A stretch of DNA of 64,000 bases from contig JACKFJ010000004.1 of assembly GCA_020632535.1 (NCBI GenBank), positions 105,514 through 169,513 of the forward strand, given 5' to 3'. How positions within the stretch are numbered: position 1 is the first letter of the stretch; each line of letters starts with the position of its first letter. Below, piece by piece: positions 26,485 through 35,381 of this stretch. A program made the translations under genes and the position numbers. The notes under the pieces are model-generated. The model saw only the letters and a list, made by a program, of their open reading frames with translations. It was not told the DNA's origin and searched no databases. This stretch comes from Candidatus Omnitrophota bacterium. GTDB lineage: Bacteria; Omnitrophota; Gorgyraeia; Zapsychrales; JANLHA01.

Positions 26485-27432
26485 TTATAATTGCTCTAAA
26501 TATTGCGAAATTGTATTTAAAATTTCATCAAATGATATTTGCCCCTGATAATACAATGTTGCAGTTTTTAGGTATTCCTTCTTAAATTGATCTCTTGTCT
26601 TCATATCTTTGAGCACAAAAGCATCATGTTCAGCAATAGAAAGTTTTTGGTCTGCGGCGGGGAATCTTTTCTTCTTATGCTCAATATATTCTTGCGTTCC
26701 AATAAATTCTTGAACCGTCTGATTCTCCAAAAGGCAAGCAACATCATAATAATGTCTAATAAAATTAGCGGGGATTCTTCCCGTTTCGTGTTGCTGACGG
26801 AATTTGGTTACAATAGTTTGTAGTTTTTCTACGAGTGTATATCCCGGATGATAGCATTTTACCTGATATGCTTTATTGTCTTTGACATCCAACCCTCTTT
26901 CCTGCGCAAACTCAAGCGCCCAAGAACTGATATCCACAAAAGCATTAGGTGTCACATCATCAAAGCCAACTTCTAATAAAACGCCCTCCTTGATTCCCTC
27001 GACAACGGTAAAAGTTGGCTTGTAATAAAGTCGAATACCACCACTAAAATACTTATCATTATCAAATTCATGATCACGGACAACCCGATTGATCCCATTA
27101 ATCTTAATGTTTTCTGCCAACCAATCATAATATTGCTTACGGCTCTGGCACTGAGCAGGTTTTATTTGATTCTTTTTTGTTTTTACATCCATTTTAGCAG
27201 GTGGTTTGATACGAATATCTATATCCTCTGAAAAACGATGAATAATATTATATCCTTTGGAAAGTGATGTACCTCCCTTTAATTCGAATTCAAACCCATC
27301 GAGATGCAGACCGTATAAAACATGCATGATCCAATAATCTTTTTCCACCAAACTGCTATTTATATTCTTTTGACGCTCTACGGCTCGCAAAAGCTCTTTA
27401 AACTCAGGGTGATTGTGTAAATAATCAAGCAT
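26485..27432 (-). CDS. AbiEii/AbiGii (DUF1814) nucleotidyltransferase toxin
   Basis: EKDYWIMHVL...LKGGTSLSKGYNIIHRFSEDIDI signature. 8-nt overlap with the upstream partner gene. Confidence 0.8.
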   Translation of the reverse strand: MLDYLHNHPEFKELLRAVERQKNINSSLVEKDYWIMHVLYGLHLDGFEFELKGGTSLSKGYNIIHRFSEDIDIRIKPPAKMDVKTKKNQIKPAQCQSRKQYYDWLAENIKINGINRVVRDHEFDNDKYFSGGIRLYYKPTFTVVEGIKEGVLLEVGFDDVTPNAFVDISSWALEFAQERGLDVKDNKAYQVKCYHPGYTLVEKLQTIVTKFRQQHETGRIPANFIRHYYDVACLLENQTVQEFIGTQEYIEHKKKRFPAADQKLSIAEHDAFVLKDMKTRDQFKKEYLKTATLYYQGQISFDEILNTISQYLEQL

Positions 27433-28018
27433 GTACTAAAACTTCCTCTTGCATCCAGCTATTAAATAAACTTTTTGTCCTCTCACCCGCATAGGCATTG
27501 ACTGCACGCTTCATCTGCGGCTTATACTCTGCTAATATTTTTTCTTTAACACTTTTTAAAAGATTGTCCCTATCTTCTGCTAATTCATTCAAATTATTCA
27601 ACAAATCAACAAACAAAAACTCTTTTGAAAGTTCCCGAGGGAATTTATGTTTTAAACAAAAATCAAAAACCTTACCTCCCAGCACAAATTCTCCATGTCG
27701 CTTATGATTATAAACAACGGTTTTATTGTAAAGCTGTGTTGTTCCGACCTCTAATGAATTATAAAAGTTAGGAGACGTCAAAAGAAACTCATCACTTTTT
27801 AAGAAAGCGCGCACAAGCTTTTCATCTTCGGGGGGAACAACTCCAAAAGATGCTTTTGCAGGGCAATAGTACAACCCTTGTGACATTTTTTGCAAAGTCC
27901 CATCATCTACAAGTTCTTTTAGATGTCGATCAATCGCAGTCGACCATTGATTGAGGTCACCCCTTCGATAAACTTGACCCGGTTTTAAATGTTGTTTTAA
28001 CTCTTTTAAAGCCTTCAT
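27425..28018 (-). CDS. AbiEi-type (DUF6088-like) antitoxin
   Basis: Position and overlap with the AbiEii gene. The N-terminal segment (GQVYRRGDLNQWSTAIDRHLKELVDDGTLQKMSQGLY) resembles a winged helix. Confidence 0.6.
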   Translation of the reverse strand: MKALKELKQHLKPGQVYRRGDLNQWSTAIDRHLKELVDDGTLQKMSQGLYYCPAKASFGVVPPEDEKLVRAFLKSDEFLLTSPNFYNSLEVGTTQLYNKTVVYNHKRHGEFVLGGKVFDFCLKHKFPRELSKEFLFVDLLNNLNELAEDRDNLLKSVKEKILAEYKPQMKRAVNAYAGERTKSLFNSWMQEEVLVHA

Positions 28019-28129
28019 TTTCTTTTATCTCCCTGTTTGAAGTATAAAATATTTGGGCTTAAAATGCAAGTTTATTAATTTAGGATTCATGCAATTAGTA
28101 GGATTCGTAGATATCAATGTGTCTTGGCT

Positions 28130-28366
28130 TTTCCGTACCGTACAATCGGTACTGCCATTGCGAGGAGGCCTTTAGGCCGACGCGGCAAACTAAAAAACCC
28201 ATTGCGAGCCCGAAGGGCGCAGTTATCATTGCGAGGAGTTCCGCAGGAACGACGCGGCAATCTGTTTTGTCATTCCCGCAATCTCTTGGCGGGAATCCAT
28301 GGCACTGACAGTAACGCCTCTCATACTTCCATACTTCGCAAAAGGGTCTGTCCCCTTCTTGCGCCC
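28130..28366. repeat. cluster of dispersed hairpin (REP-like) repeat units at the left edge of the RHS island
   Basis: Units: cattgcgagGAGGCCTTTAGGCCgacgcggcaa, cattgcgaGCCCGAAGGGCgc, cattgcgaggaGTTCCGCAGGAACgacgcggcaat and gtcATTCCCGCaatctcttgGCGGGAATcc. The same modules occur at 36.5 and 44.4 kb, and inverted at 59.9 and 61.2 kb. Confidence 0.85.
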
Positions 28367-28368
28367 AA

Positions 28369-28764
28369 TTATTCTTCAAATTTAGATAATTCATTATTCA
28401 AATCAGTGCATAACCTCTCTGGATCCACAACGACACCTTTTGACACAACAGTTGGGAAAACGCCAACTCTCCTTTTGTCTTTAATCATTCCAGGAATCCA
28501 TCTATCTAACCAATCTTGCAAAATAATAAATCGAGGAGCACAATCTTTCCATTCATCGTTCGCACATAATTTTGCATATTCGCTATGCGACCAAACTGGG
28601 ATAACTTCATTCCCATTAGCATCCAAAGCTGAAACCCAACCATCTTTATTTCTTAACGCCCATACCTTTTCCGAATCCGCAACCCTTTTAATAAAATAAG
28701 AATATCTTTCTGCCCCAGCTAAATTAACAACAGATTGAATTTCATGAATACTGAGAATAGCCAT
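28369..28764 (-). CDS. DUF2750-like putative immunity protein (for displaced toxin tip CT4)
   Basis: KVWALRNKDGWV...IPVWSHSEYA...LQDWLDRWIPGMIKDKRRVGVFP matches my memory of DUF2750. The start abuts the CT4 stop. Confidence 0.6.
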   Translation of the reverse strand: MAILSIHEIQSVVNLAGAERYSYFIKRVADSEKVWALRNKDGWVSALDANGNEVIPVWSHSEYAKLCANDEWKDCAPRFIILQDWLDRWIPGMIKDKRRVGVFPTVVSKGVVVDPERLCTDLNNELSKFEE

Positions 28765-29249
28765 CTAATATCCCTCAACTTTATGTTGCAGTTTATGTAA
28801 ATCTATATCTTGCAAATCACTATGTTCATATCCATATCCTTGTTTGGCTTCTTTCCCTCGTCGATGAGCTAATTGTTTTGTCGGAGGAACTCTAATTTTT
28901 GATCTTTGTCCTCTCTCGATACTATTAATATCTTGTTTTATCCATCCTTTGTCAGATTTAGAAACATTTTTATCAGTTAATAAACTTTTCAATTTTTGTT
29001 GTTTGCCTGTACGACCGGAAATCTTACATATACCCTTCGCAACTTTTCCTCCCCCTTGTACATAACCTGCCCCTCCAGGCAAAAATGGAGTACCTAACGC
29101 GACAGAATCATATGCCAGTGATGCTCCCGTCAATAGACCGGGTTCAGTTAAAAAATAGTATAAACTCAACTGCCAAGTAACATAATCGGAAGGTGTTTCA
29201 ACGATTAACCCATACGGATCAACAAAATTGATCGGATCGCTTTCGACAT
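28765..29249 (-). pseudogene. displaced RHS C-terminal toxin tip CT4 (HNH/EndoVII-like?), severed from its core by the transposon
   Basis: Reads (V)ESDPINFVDPYGLIVETPSDYVTWQLSLYYFLTEPGLLTGAS...KGIC, identical to the main RHS protein. It then has a unique tail: ...KGWIKQDINSIERGQRSKIRVPPTKQLAHRRGKEAKQGYGYEHSDLQDIDLHKLQHK. No upstream core remains; the transposon end is at 29250. Confidence 0.7.
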
Positions 29250-29350
29250 GATACCGTCGAAGAACCCTGCATTTCCAAGTGGACGGACTTTCCGTCCTTT
29301 TTAAAAGAGCAAATTTATCACGACACAGCTATACCGTGTCTTTTAATCTC

Positions 29351-30979
29351 CTAAAATCCCATCACCACCTCCGCTTGTCCTGCAAATCCTTCCAAAACTA
29401 ACTTAATCCACCGCTTAATATTCACGGCAGCGGCAGTGAATAATGCCTGCAATTGTACTTTTGGTAATCCTCGATACTTCGCCCGTCTTAGACCGTGATA
29501 TCGTGTCAATTCTGATAACTTTCCTTCGATCGGCGGACGTAATTTCATATCTTTTTTAAATTCATCCGTTTTGTTGTAGATTTCGGCCTCCCGCAACTCC
29601 TTATTAAACATGCTTATTCCTACTGTCCGTCGCCCTTCCTCAGCTTTGGTACATTCTTTTCTCACCGGACACTTCCTGCACACGCTCATTGGAAAATGAA
29701 ATTGTTTCAACCCATGCTGATGATCTTCAAAATAGGTATTTGTCTTCACACCCTGCGGACATGTTAACGTCAGCGTTTTTTCATCATAATGAAACAAGCT
29801 TTTCGGATAAACTTTTTGAGTAGATTGATTTGCATTCCGCAACGGCGCAACCATCATTGTCGCATTATCATTTAACAGTTTTCGATGCACCCCATTCGCG
29901 TAAGCCGTGTCACCGATTAATTTCTGCGGTACAAGGCCGCTCTTCTTTTGTTCCACTATCATTTGTACTGTCGGCTCACCATCAGGGCGGTTACCGCGCA
30001 TAACATTAATGTTGGTTATAAAATGATTCTCGACAGCCTCCGTCACATTCGCCTTATACCCCACAAATCGTTTTGTGTCTGACTTACATCCATAGCGGGC
30101 ATCCTCGTCGATTGGACTTACCAATAAATCCTTCGGCTTGTCTTTATATTCCCGCTCTTCAATCTTTTCTTGTGATTCTTTGACGTTTTCCTGTAAAATT
30201 CGCTTTAACATCTCGATCCGTTTTCTCAAATCACGGCCAACATTTGCACCTTCTATTTCTTCCAAAACACATCGCGCGTCCATCACTACTTTTACCAGTT
30301 TTACTTTGCGCTTTTCAATATCTAATCGCCCCTCATCGGCCTGATTTACTTTTTCCCGTGTATATTCTGCCATATCAATCTTTCCAAGAATCTTTTCGTA
30401 AACTTTTGGCTTCTGCCCTTTAAGCGGTTTTAATATCTCACGGACACCTTTCTTAACCAGCGCAACCACCGTCGGAATCGCAATATCTGCGATCATGTGG
30501 GTCGCATCAATCCGCTGAATCTCATCGCGCTTGATTAACTCTAAATCAATTAATCGATTTAAAACTTTATCAAAGATCATCTTGCTCTGGCCATTGTCCA
30601 ATAAGCGTTTCCTAAAATCTCCCAAACTTGAATGGTCGAATGGGCGCTCGTTAAGTTTTAATCCAAGCGCGTATTTGATTTCAATATCGTACATACAAGC
30701 CCGTTCCATCTCGCGATCAGAAAGATTTTTATGAAATTGCAACAGCAAAACCATTGCTAATAATTTCGGCGAGATCGGCGGACGCCCATTGTCCTGACAA
30801 TACATCGTTTCAAAATCTAATTCATCCATCAGAGGGGAGACAATTTCTTTGAACTTACGGTAATAACTTTCGGCAGGAATCAGTTCTTCGCAGAGATACT
30901 CGGCATCATAAAACGAAGCTTGTCGTTGGGGATTTTTGAGCATTCTGAAGTCTCCTTTGCGGTTGTTTATTAGCTCCAT
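29351..30979 (-). CDS. IS1182-family-like (IS5 superfamily) DDE transposase
   Basis: N-terminal DUF772-like region (ISPKLLAMVLLLQFHKNLSDREMERACMYDIEIKYALGL). DDE candidates are RIDATHM, LIGDTAYANG and IEGKLSELTRYHGLRRAKYRG. 542 aa. Confidence 0.8.
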   Translation of the reverse strand: MELINNRKGDFRMLKNPQRQASFYDAEYLCEELIPAESYYRKFKEIVSPLMDELDFETMYCQDNGRPPISPKLLAMVLLLQFHKNLSDREMERACMYDIEIKYALGLKLNERPFDHSSLGDFRKRLLDNGQSKMIFDKVLNRLIDLELIKRDEIQRIDATHMIADIAIPTVVALVKKGVREILKPLKGQKPKVYEKILGKIDMAEYTREKVNQADEGRLDIEKRKVKLVKVVMDARCVLEEIEGANVGRDLRKRIEMLKRILQENVKESQEKIEEREYKDKPKDLLVSPIDEDARYGCKSDTKRFVGYKANVTEAVENHFITNINVMRGNRPDGEPTVQMIVEQKKSGLVPQKLIGDTAYANGVHRKLLNDNATMMVAPLRNANQSTQKVYPKSLFHYDEKTLTLTCPQGVKTNTYFEDHQHGLKQFHFPMSVCRKCPVRKECTKAEEGRRTVGISMFNKELREAEIYNKTDEFKKDMKLRPPIEGKLSELTRYHGLRRAKYRGLPKVQLQALFTAAAVNIKRWIKLVLEGFAGQAEVVMGF

Positions 30980-31018
30980 TATAACTCATTCTCCGTCGAC
31001 AAATAGGCATTTTGTGAA

Positions 31019-31255
31019 TTATTTTGTTTGCTGATTTCTTTCAAATATACCTACTACACCAATTAGAGAATCCTTGGTTAACAAATTATAATCCTCTAAA
31101 TGAACGTGTCCTTGATTGGGCTTTGCAATAAGTTTTAGAATCAAATCTGAGAGCTTTTGAAGACCTTCTTTTGTTCCATAAACACAAACCTCATTATTCT
31201 CAAATCTCAACTCTAAAGTTTTATCCTTAAAATCAGGTTTTCTAAATTCTGACAT
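31019..31255 (-). CDS. 78-aa immunity-like protein for CT2 (transposon cargo)
   Basis: Starts 12 nt after the CT2 stop, behind aagggaaag. It is small and cytoplasmic, and sits in the position of an immunity gene. Confidence 0.55.
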   Translation of the reverse strand: MSEFRKPDFKDKTLELRFENNEVCVYGTKEGLQKLSDLILKLIAKPNQGHVHLEDYNLLTKDSLIGVVGIFERNQQTK

Positions 31256-31270
31256 TTCTTTCCCTTTCTT

Positions 31271-32490
31271 TTACCACGTCCACCAGTGGGGATGTCCCCA
31301 AGGCTTTCCGTGATGAGCTTTATCCAATCTAAATCCCCATTTAAATCGTTTACTTAATATCCTAAAAATATTATTACCTTGTTTACCTATTTCAATTCCT
31401 GCATAGTCAGCCGCAATTGCTACTGCTGTTGCTCCTGCTGCTGTCCCGACGGCAATTCTTTCACCCGTTTTTTCCCATCCGCATGATCCTTCCGTATACT
31501 TCATCGGATCGCCCCAACCTGTCGGACCATTTGATCCCCACTCCGACATCGGTTGGCCGTATGGACCCGGTAATGCGCTTTCATAAAACCACCAATTAAA
31601 TTGATCTTCCCCCCAATACAATCCAAGCGGATCTATTCTATTAATAGGATCGTTGCCGGTGTAAGCGTAAAGGTTGGTTTCGGAGATAAGTTTTCCGACA
31701 CTATCAACATAACCGTATAGATCAACATCTCCCCCATCAAACCCAATCGGGTCTTTGGCGGTCCAGCGGCCGGTTGCGGGGTCGTAGTCACGAAAACCAA
31801 ATCGGACTAAACCAATATCCCGATCATGTAAACCTCCCGCAAAACCAAACGGGACAGTAAATGTCGGGGCGGTGTCAGCGAGAATGTTTCCAAATGAGTC
31901 ATAATCAATTCGTTTAACGATTGCGCCAGTTGAACTCATCACAGCACGCAATGATCCAACTTGATCATAGCTCAAATAATACGTCGCGCTGTCCTTGGTC
32001 ATCACACTCGGCATACGACTATCCGAGTACTCAAAGCGCATCAAAAGATTATCTGATCCGTCATAAACAGCTAAGAGCTGTGTTAATCCCGCCCAGAGAT
32101 ATTTTTCAATGACCGAACCGTTAATCTTCTTGGCGATACGACGACCCAAAGGATCATGGACATATTCAATCGTCCGTCCGTCGGGCAAAGAAACATTTAA
32201 CAACTCACCGCGAGATGAATAATTGTACGTCGTTATAGACGAACCATCAGTTTTACGCGATAAGAATCCATCGGCATCATATTGATACGTCACACTGCCA
32301 ACGCTTAAGAGCTGATCTTCCGCATTGTATGTCAAAGAACGCCCGGCAATGCCGCGCAGAGAGTTCATTTCATAAGTGCGCGTGCCTAACGGATTAGAAC
32401 CAGTATATCGATACTCCTCAACGAGAGCATTGTCTTTTTCAACGTGTGTCAGACGGCCAGTGGCATCGTACGTGTAAACGGTATTTGACG
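31271..32490 (-). pseudogene. 5'-truncated orphan RHS core fragment A fused in frame to transposon-borne toxin tip CT2
   Basis: The open frame from about 32497 (..NTVYTYDATGRLTHVEKDNALVEEYRYTGSNPLGTRTYEMNSLRG..) is homologous to main RHS residues from about 1985 onward. At DVDLYGYV it continues into element-encoded DSVGKLISETNLYAYTGNDPINRIDPLGL plus a roughly 115-aa tip. Confidence 0.75.
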
Positions 32491-32534
32491 AACTAAATTA
32501 GGTGTGACCCCTTTTTCTTTTCTTTGGAATTATT

Positions 32535-32837
32535 TTAGTACGACTGTATTAAGGATTTTGTTTCATAACAATCGAAGCAAATAAAGACATAAATCAATCC
32601 ACAATCCGCAAGAGAATATTCTGGACCGATAGTATCAAGTTGTGCATAAAAACTCATATCGTGCTTACAAGAATCACAAATCGGGACATCACTTTCTTGA
32701 ATAAATTCAGGTTTCCCACCAATCTTATGCCGTTTCCCTTGTATTGGATTTTCTATACTCCAATCAAATGGTTTTATCGATTTTGCCTCAGTACTATTTG
32801 GCACCAAATTAATTTTAAACTCGGGAAGTACTTTCAT
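32535..32837 (-). CDS. DUF1963/YwqG-like putative immunity protein (for CT3)
   Basis: KIGGKPEFIQESDVPICDSCKHDMSFYAQLDTIG...DCGLIYVFICFDC resembles the C-terminal signature of the YwqG family. It starts 14 nt after the CT3 stop. Confidence 0.5.
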   Translation of the reverse strand: MKVLPEFKINLVPNSTEAKSIKPFDWSIENPIQGKRHKIGGKPEFIQESDVPICDSCKHDMSFYAQLDTIGPEYSLADCGLIYVFICFDCYETKSLIQSY

Positions 32838-32851
32838 ATATAGTTCTCCTC

Positions 32852-33360
32852 TTATTTATATGATTGTATAGGCAAGCCACTTAAACCATATTCGTCCATT
32901 AATTTTCCACCAAATTGGTAAATATCCTGAGGGGTGGCGTTCGGGTTACTCTTTATAAAGTTCTCCCATCGTTCGTTCCATTTGCCGGGCATATTATTTA
33001 GTCCATTCCCGTGAACACCCTTAAGATGTGCTGTATTCTGCGGAATAGATACAGTAAATTTGTCAATATCTATACCCTTCGAGTTAAAGAATGGTTTAAA
33101 TCTTTGCGGGAATATGTGGTGTTTTGCCATTTTAGGAGCGGTAAGTAAACAAATTTTACTTGCACCTTGGGCATACCCTCCCCCACCGGGCAGAAAAGGA
33201 AGGCCTAACGCTACTGAGTCATAAGCTAACGACGCCCCAGTCAACAAACCTGGTGCAGTTGTAAAATAATAAAAACTTAACTGCCAAGTAATATAATCGG
33301 AAGGCGTCTCGAAGACTAGCCCCTCTGGATCCACCCCGTTTACCGGATCATTGAGAACAT
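32852..33360 (-). pseudogene. displaced RHS toxin tip CT3 (HHIFPQ..WN..W..F type, AHH/DUF2380-like?), severed by the transposon
   Basis: Reads (V)LNDPVNGVDPEGLVFETPSDYITWQLSFYYFTTAPGLLTGAS..., then KHHIFPQRFKPFFNSKGIDIDKFTVSIPQNTAHLKGVHG...KWNERWENF. The transposon end is at 33361. Confidence 0.7.
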
Positions 33361-33461
33361 GATACCGTCGAAGAACCCTGCATTTCCAAGTGGACGGACT
33401 TTCCGTCCTTTTTAAAAGAGCAAATTTATCACGACACAGCTATACCGTGTCTTTTAATCTC

Positions 33462-35090
33462 CTAAAATCCCATCACCACCTCCGCTTGTCCTGCAAATCC
33501 TTCCAAAACTAACTTAATCCACCGCTTAATATTCACGGCAGCGGCAGTGAATAATGCCTGCAATTGTACTTTTGGTAATCCTCGATACTTCGCCCGTCTT
33601 AGACCGTGATATCGTGTCAATTCTGATAACTTTCCTTCGATCGGCGGACGTAATTTCATATCTTTTTTAAATTCATCCGTTTTGTTGTAGATTTCGGCCT
33701 CCCGCAACTCCTTATTAAACATGCTTATTCCTACTGTCCGTCGCCCTTCCTCAGCTTTGGTACATTCTTTTCTCACCGGACACTTCCTGCACACGCTCAT
33801 TGGAAAATGAAATTGTTTCAACCCATGCTGATGATCTTCAAAATAGGTATTTGTCTTCACACCCTGCGGACATGTTAACGTCAGCGTTTTTTCATCATAA
33901 TGAAACAAGCTTTTCGGATAAACTTTTTGAGTAGATTGATTTGCATTCCGCAACGGCGCAACCATCATTGTCGCATTATCATTTAACAGTTTTCGATGCA
34001 CCCCATTCGCGTAAGCCGTGTCACCGATTAATTTCTGCGGTACAAGGCCGCTCTTCTTTTGTTCCACTATCATTTGTACTGTCGGCTCACCATCAGGGCG
34101 GTTACCGCGCATAACATTAATGTTGGTTATAAAATGATTCTCGACAGCCTCCGTCACATTCGCCTTATACCCCACAAATCGTTTTGTGTCTGACTTACAT
34201 CCATAGCGGGCATCCTCGTCGATTGGACTTACCAATAAATCCTTCGGCTTGTCTTTATATTCCCGCTCTTCAATCTTTTCTTGTGATTCTTTGACGTTTT
34301 CCTGTAAAATTCGCTTTAACATCTCGATCCGTTTTCTCAAATCACGGCCAACATTTGCACCTTCTATTTCTTCCAAAACACATCGCGCGTCCATCACTAC
34401 TTTTACCAGTTTTACTTTGCGCTTTTCAATATCTAATCGCCCCTCATCGGCCTGATTTACTTTTTCCCGTGTATATTCTGCCATATCAATCTTTCCAAGA
34501 ATCTTTTCGTAAACTTTTGGCTTCTGCCCTTTAAGCGGTTTTAATATCTCACGGACACCTTTCTTAACCAGCGCAACCACCGTCGGAATCGCAATATCTG
34601 CGATCATGTGGGTCGCATCAATCCGCTGAATCTCATCGCGCTTGATTAACTCTAAATCAATTAATCGATTTAAAACTTTATCAAAGATCATCTTGCTCTG
34701 GCCATTGTCCAATAAGCGTTTCCTAAAATCTCCCAAACTTGAATGGTCGAATGGGCGCTCGTTAAGTTTTAATCCAAGCGCGTATTTGATTTCAATATCG
34801 TACATACAAGCCCGTTCCATCTCGCGATCAGAAAGATTTTTATGAAATTGCAACAGCAAAACCATTGCTAATAATTTCGGCGAGATCGGCGGACGCCCAT
34901 TGTCCTGACAATACATCGTTTCAAAATCTAATTCATCCATCAGAGGGGAGACAATTTCTTTGAACTTACGGTAATAACTTTCGGCAGGAATCAGTTCTTC
35001 GCAGAGATACTCGGCATCATAAAACGAAGCTTGTCGTTGGGGATTTTTGAGCATTCTGAAGTCTCCTTTGCGGTTGTTTATTAGCTCCAT
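33462..35090 (-). CDS. IS1182-family-like DDE transposase (copy B)
   Basis: Identical 542-aa product to 29351..30979. Confidence 0.8.
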   Translation of the reverse strand: MELINNRKGDFRMLKNPQRQASFYDAEYLCEELIPAESYYRKFKEIVSPLMDELDFETMYCQDNGRPPISPKLLAMVLLLQFHKNLSDREMERACMYDIEIKYALGLKLNERPFDHSSLGDFRKRLLDNGQSKMIFDKVLNRLIDLELIKRDEIQRIDATHMIADIAIPTVVALVKKGVREILKPLKGQKPKVYEKILGKIDMAEYTREKVNQADEGRLDIEKRKVKLVKVVMDARCVLEEIEGANVGRDLRKRIEMLKRILQENVKESQEKIEEREYKDKPKDLLVSPIDEDARYGCKSDTKRFVGYKANVTEAVENHFITNINVMRGNRPDGEPTVQMIVEQKKSGLVPQKLIGDTAYANGVHRKLLNDNATMMVAPLRNANQSTQKVYPKSLFHYDEKTLTLTCPQGVKTNTYFEDHQHGLKQFHFPMSVCRKCPVRKECTKAEEGRRTVGISMFNKELREAEIYNKTDEFKKDMKLRPPIEGKLSELTRYHGLRRAKYRGLPKVQLQALFTAAAVNIKRWIKLVLEGFAGQAEVVMGF

Positions 35091-35129
35091 TATAACTCAT
35101 TCTCCGTCGACAAATAGGCATTTTGTGAA

Positions 35130-35366
35130 TTATTTTGTTTGCTGATTTCTTTCAAATATACCTACTACACCAATTAGAGAATCCTTGGTTAACAAATTAT
35201 AATCCTCTAAATGAACGTGTCCTTGATTGGGCTTTGCAATAAGTTTTAGAATCAAATCTGAGAGCTTTTGAAGACCTTCTTTTGTTCCATAAACACAAAC
35301 CTCATTATTCTCAAATCTCAACTCTAAAGTTTTATCCTTAAAATCAGGTTTTCTAAATTCTGACAT
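35130..35366 (-). CDS. 78-aa immunity-like protein for CT2 (copy B)
   Basis: Identical to 31019..31255. Confidence 0.55.
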   Translation of the reverse strand: MSEFRKPDFKDKTLELRFENNEVCVYGTKEGLQKLSDLILKLIAKPNQGHVHLEDYNLLTKDSLIGVVGIFERNQQTK

Positions 35367-35381
35367 TTCTTTCCCTTTCTT

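Larger units (their letters stand above)
29250..31706 (-). mobile_element. 2,457-bp transposon, copy A: start-less RHS toxin tip (CT2) + immunity-like gene + IS1182-like transposase
   Basis: 100% identical to 33361..35817, with identity ending sharply at both ends. Termini are GATACCGTCGAAGAAC (29250 onward) and the reverse complement of 31706 inward, (T)GATAGTGTCGGAAAAC; 12 of 16 positions match. Flanked by ACAT at 29246-29249 and 31707-31710. Confidence 0.8.

Noticed and set aside
28095-28699. Track ORFs 28095..28394(-), 28117..28308(+) and 28124..28699(+) lie across the REP cluster.
   Set aside because: They are translations of stacked hairpin repeats (peptides such as HCEEAFRPTRQTKK recur wherever the repeat recurs). 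They overlap the better-supported DUF2750 gene and have no RBS.
31271-32368. Treating the 365-aa ORFs (31271..32368 and 35382..36479) as intact independent genes starting at MNSLRG.
   Set aside because: The M is an internal residue of the RHS core (YEMNSLRG in the main protein). The frame stays open upstream in fragment A, and there is no RBS. They are better described as 5'-truncated orphan fragments.
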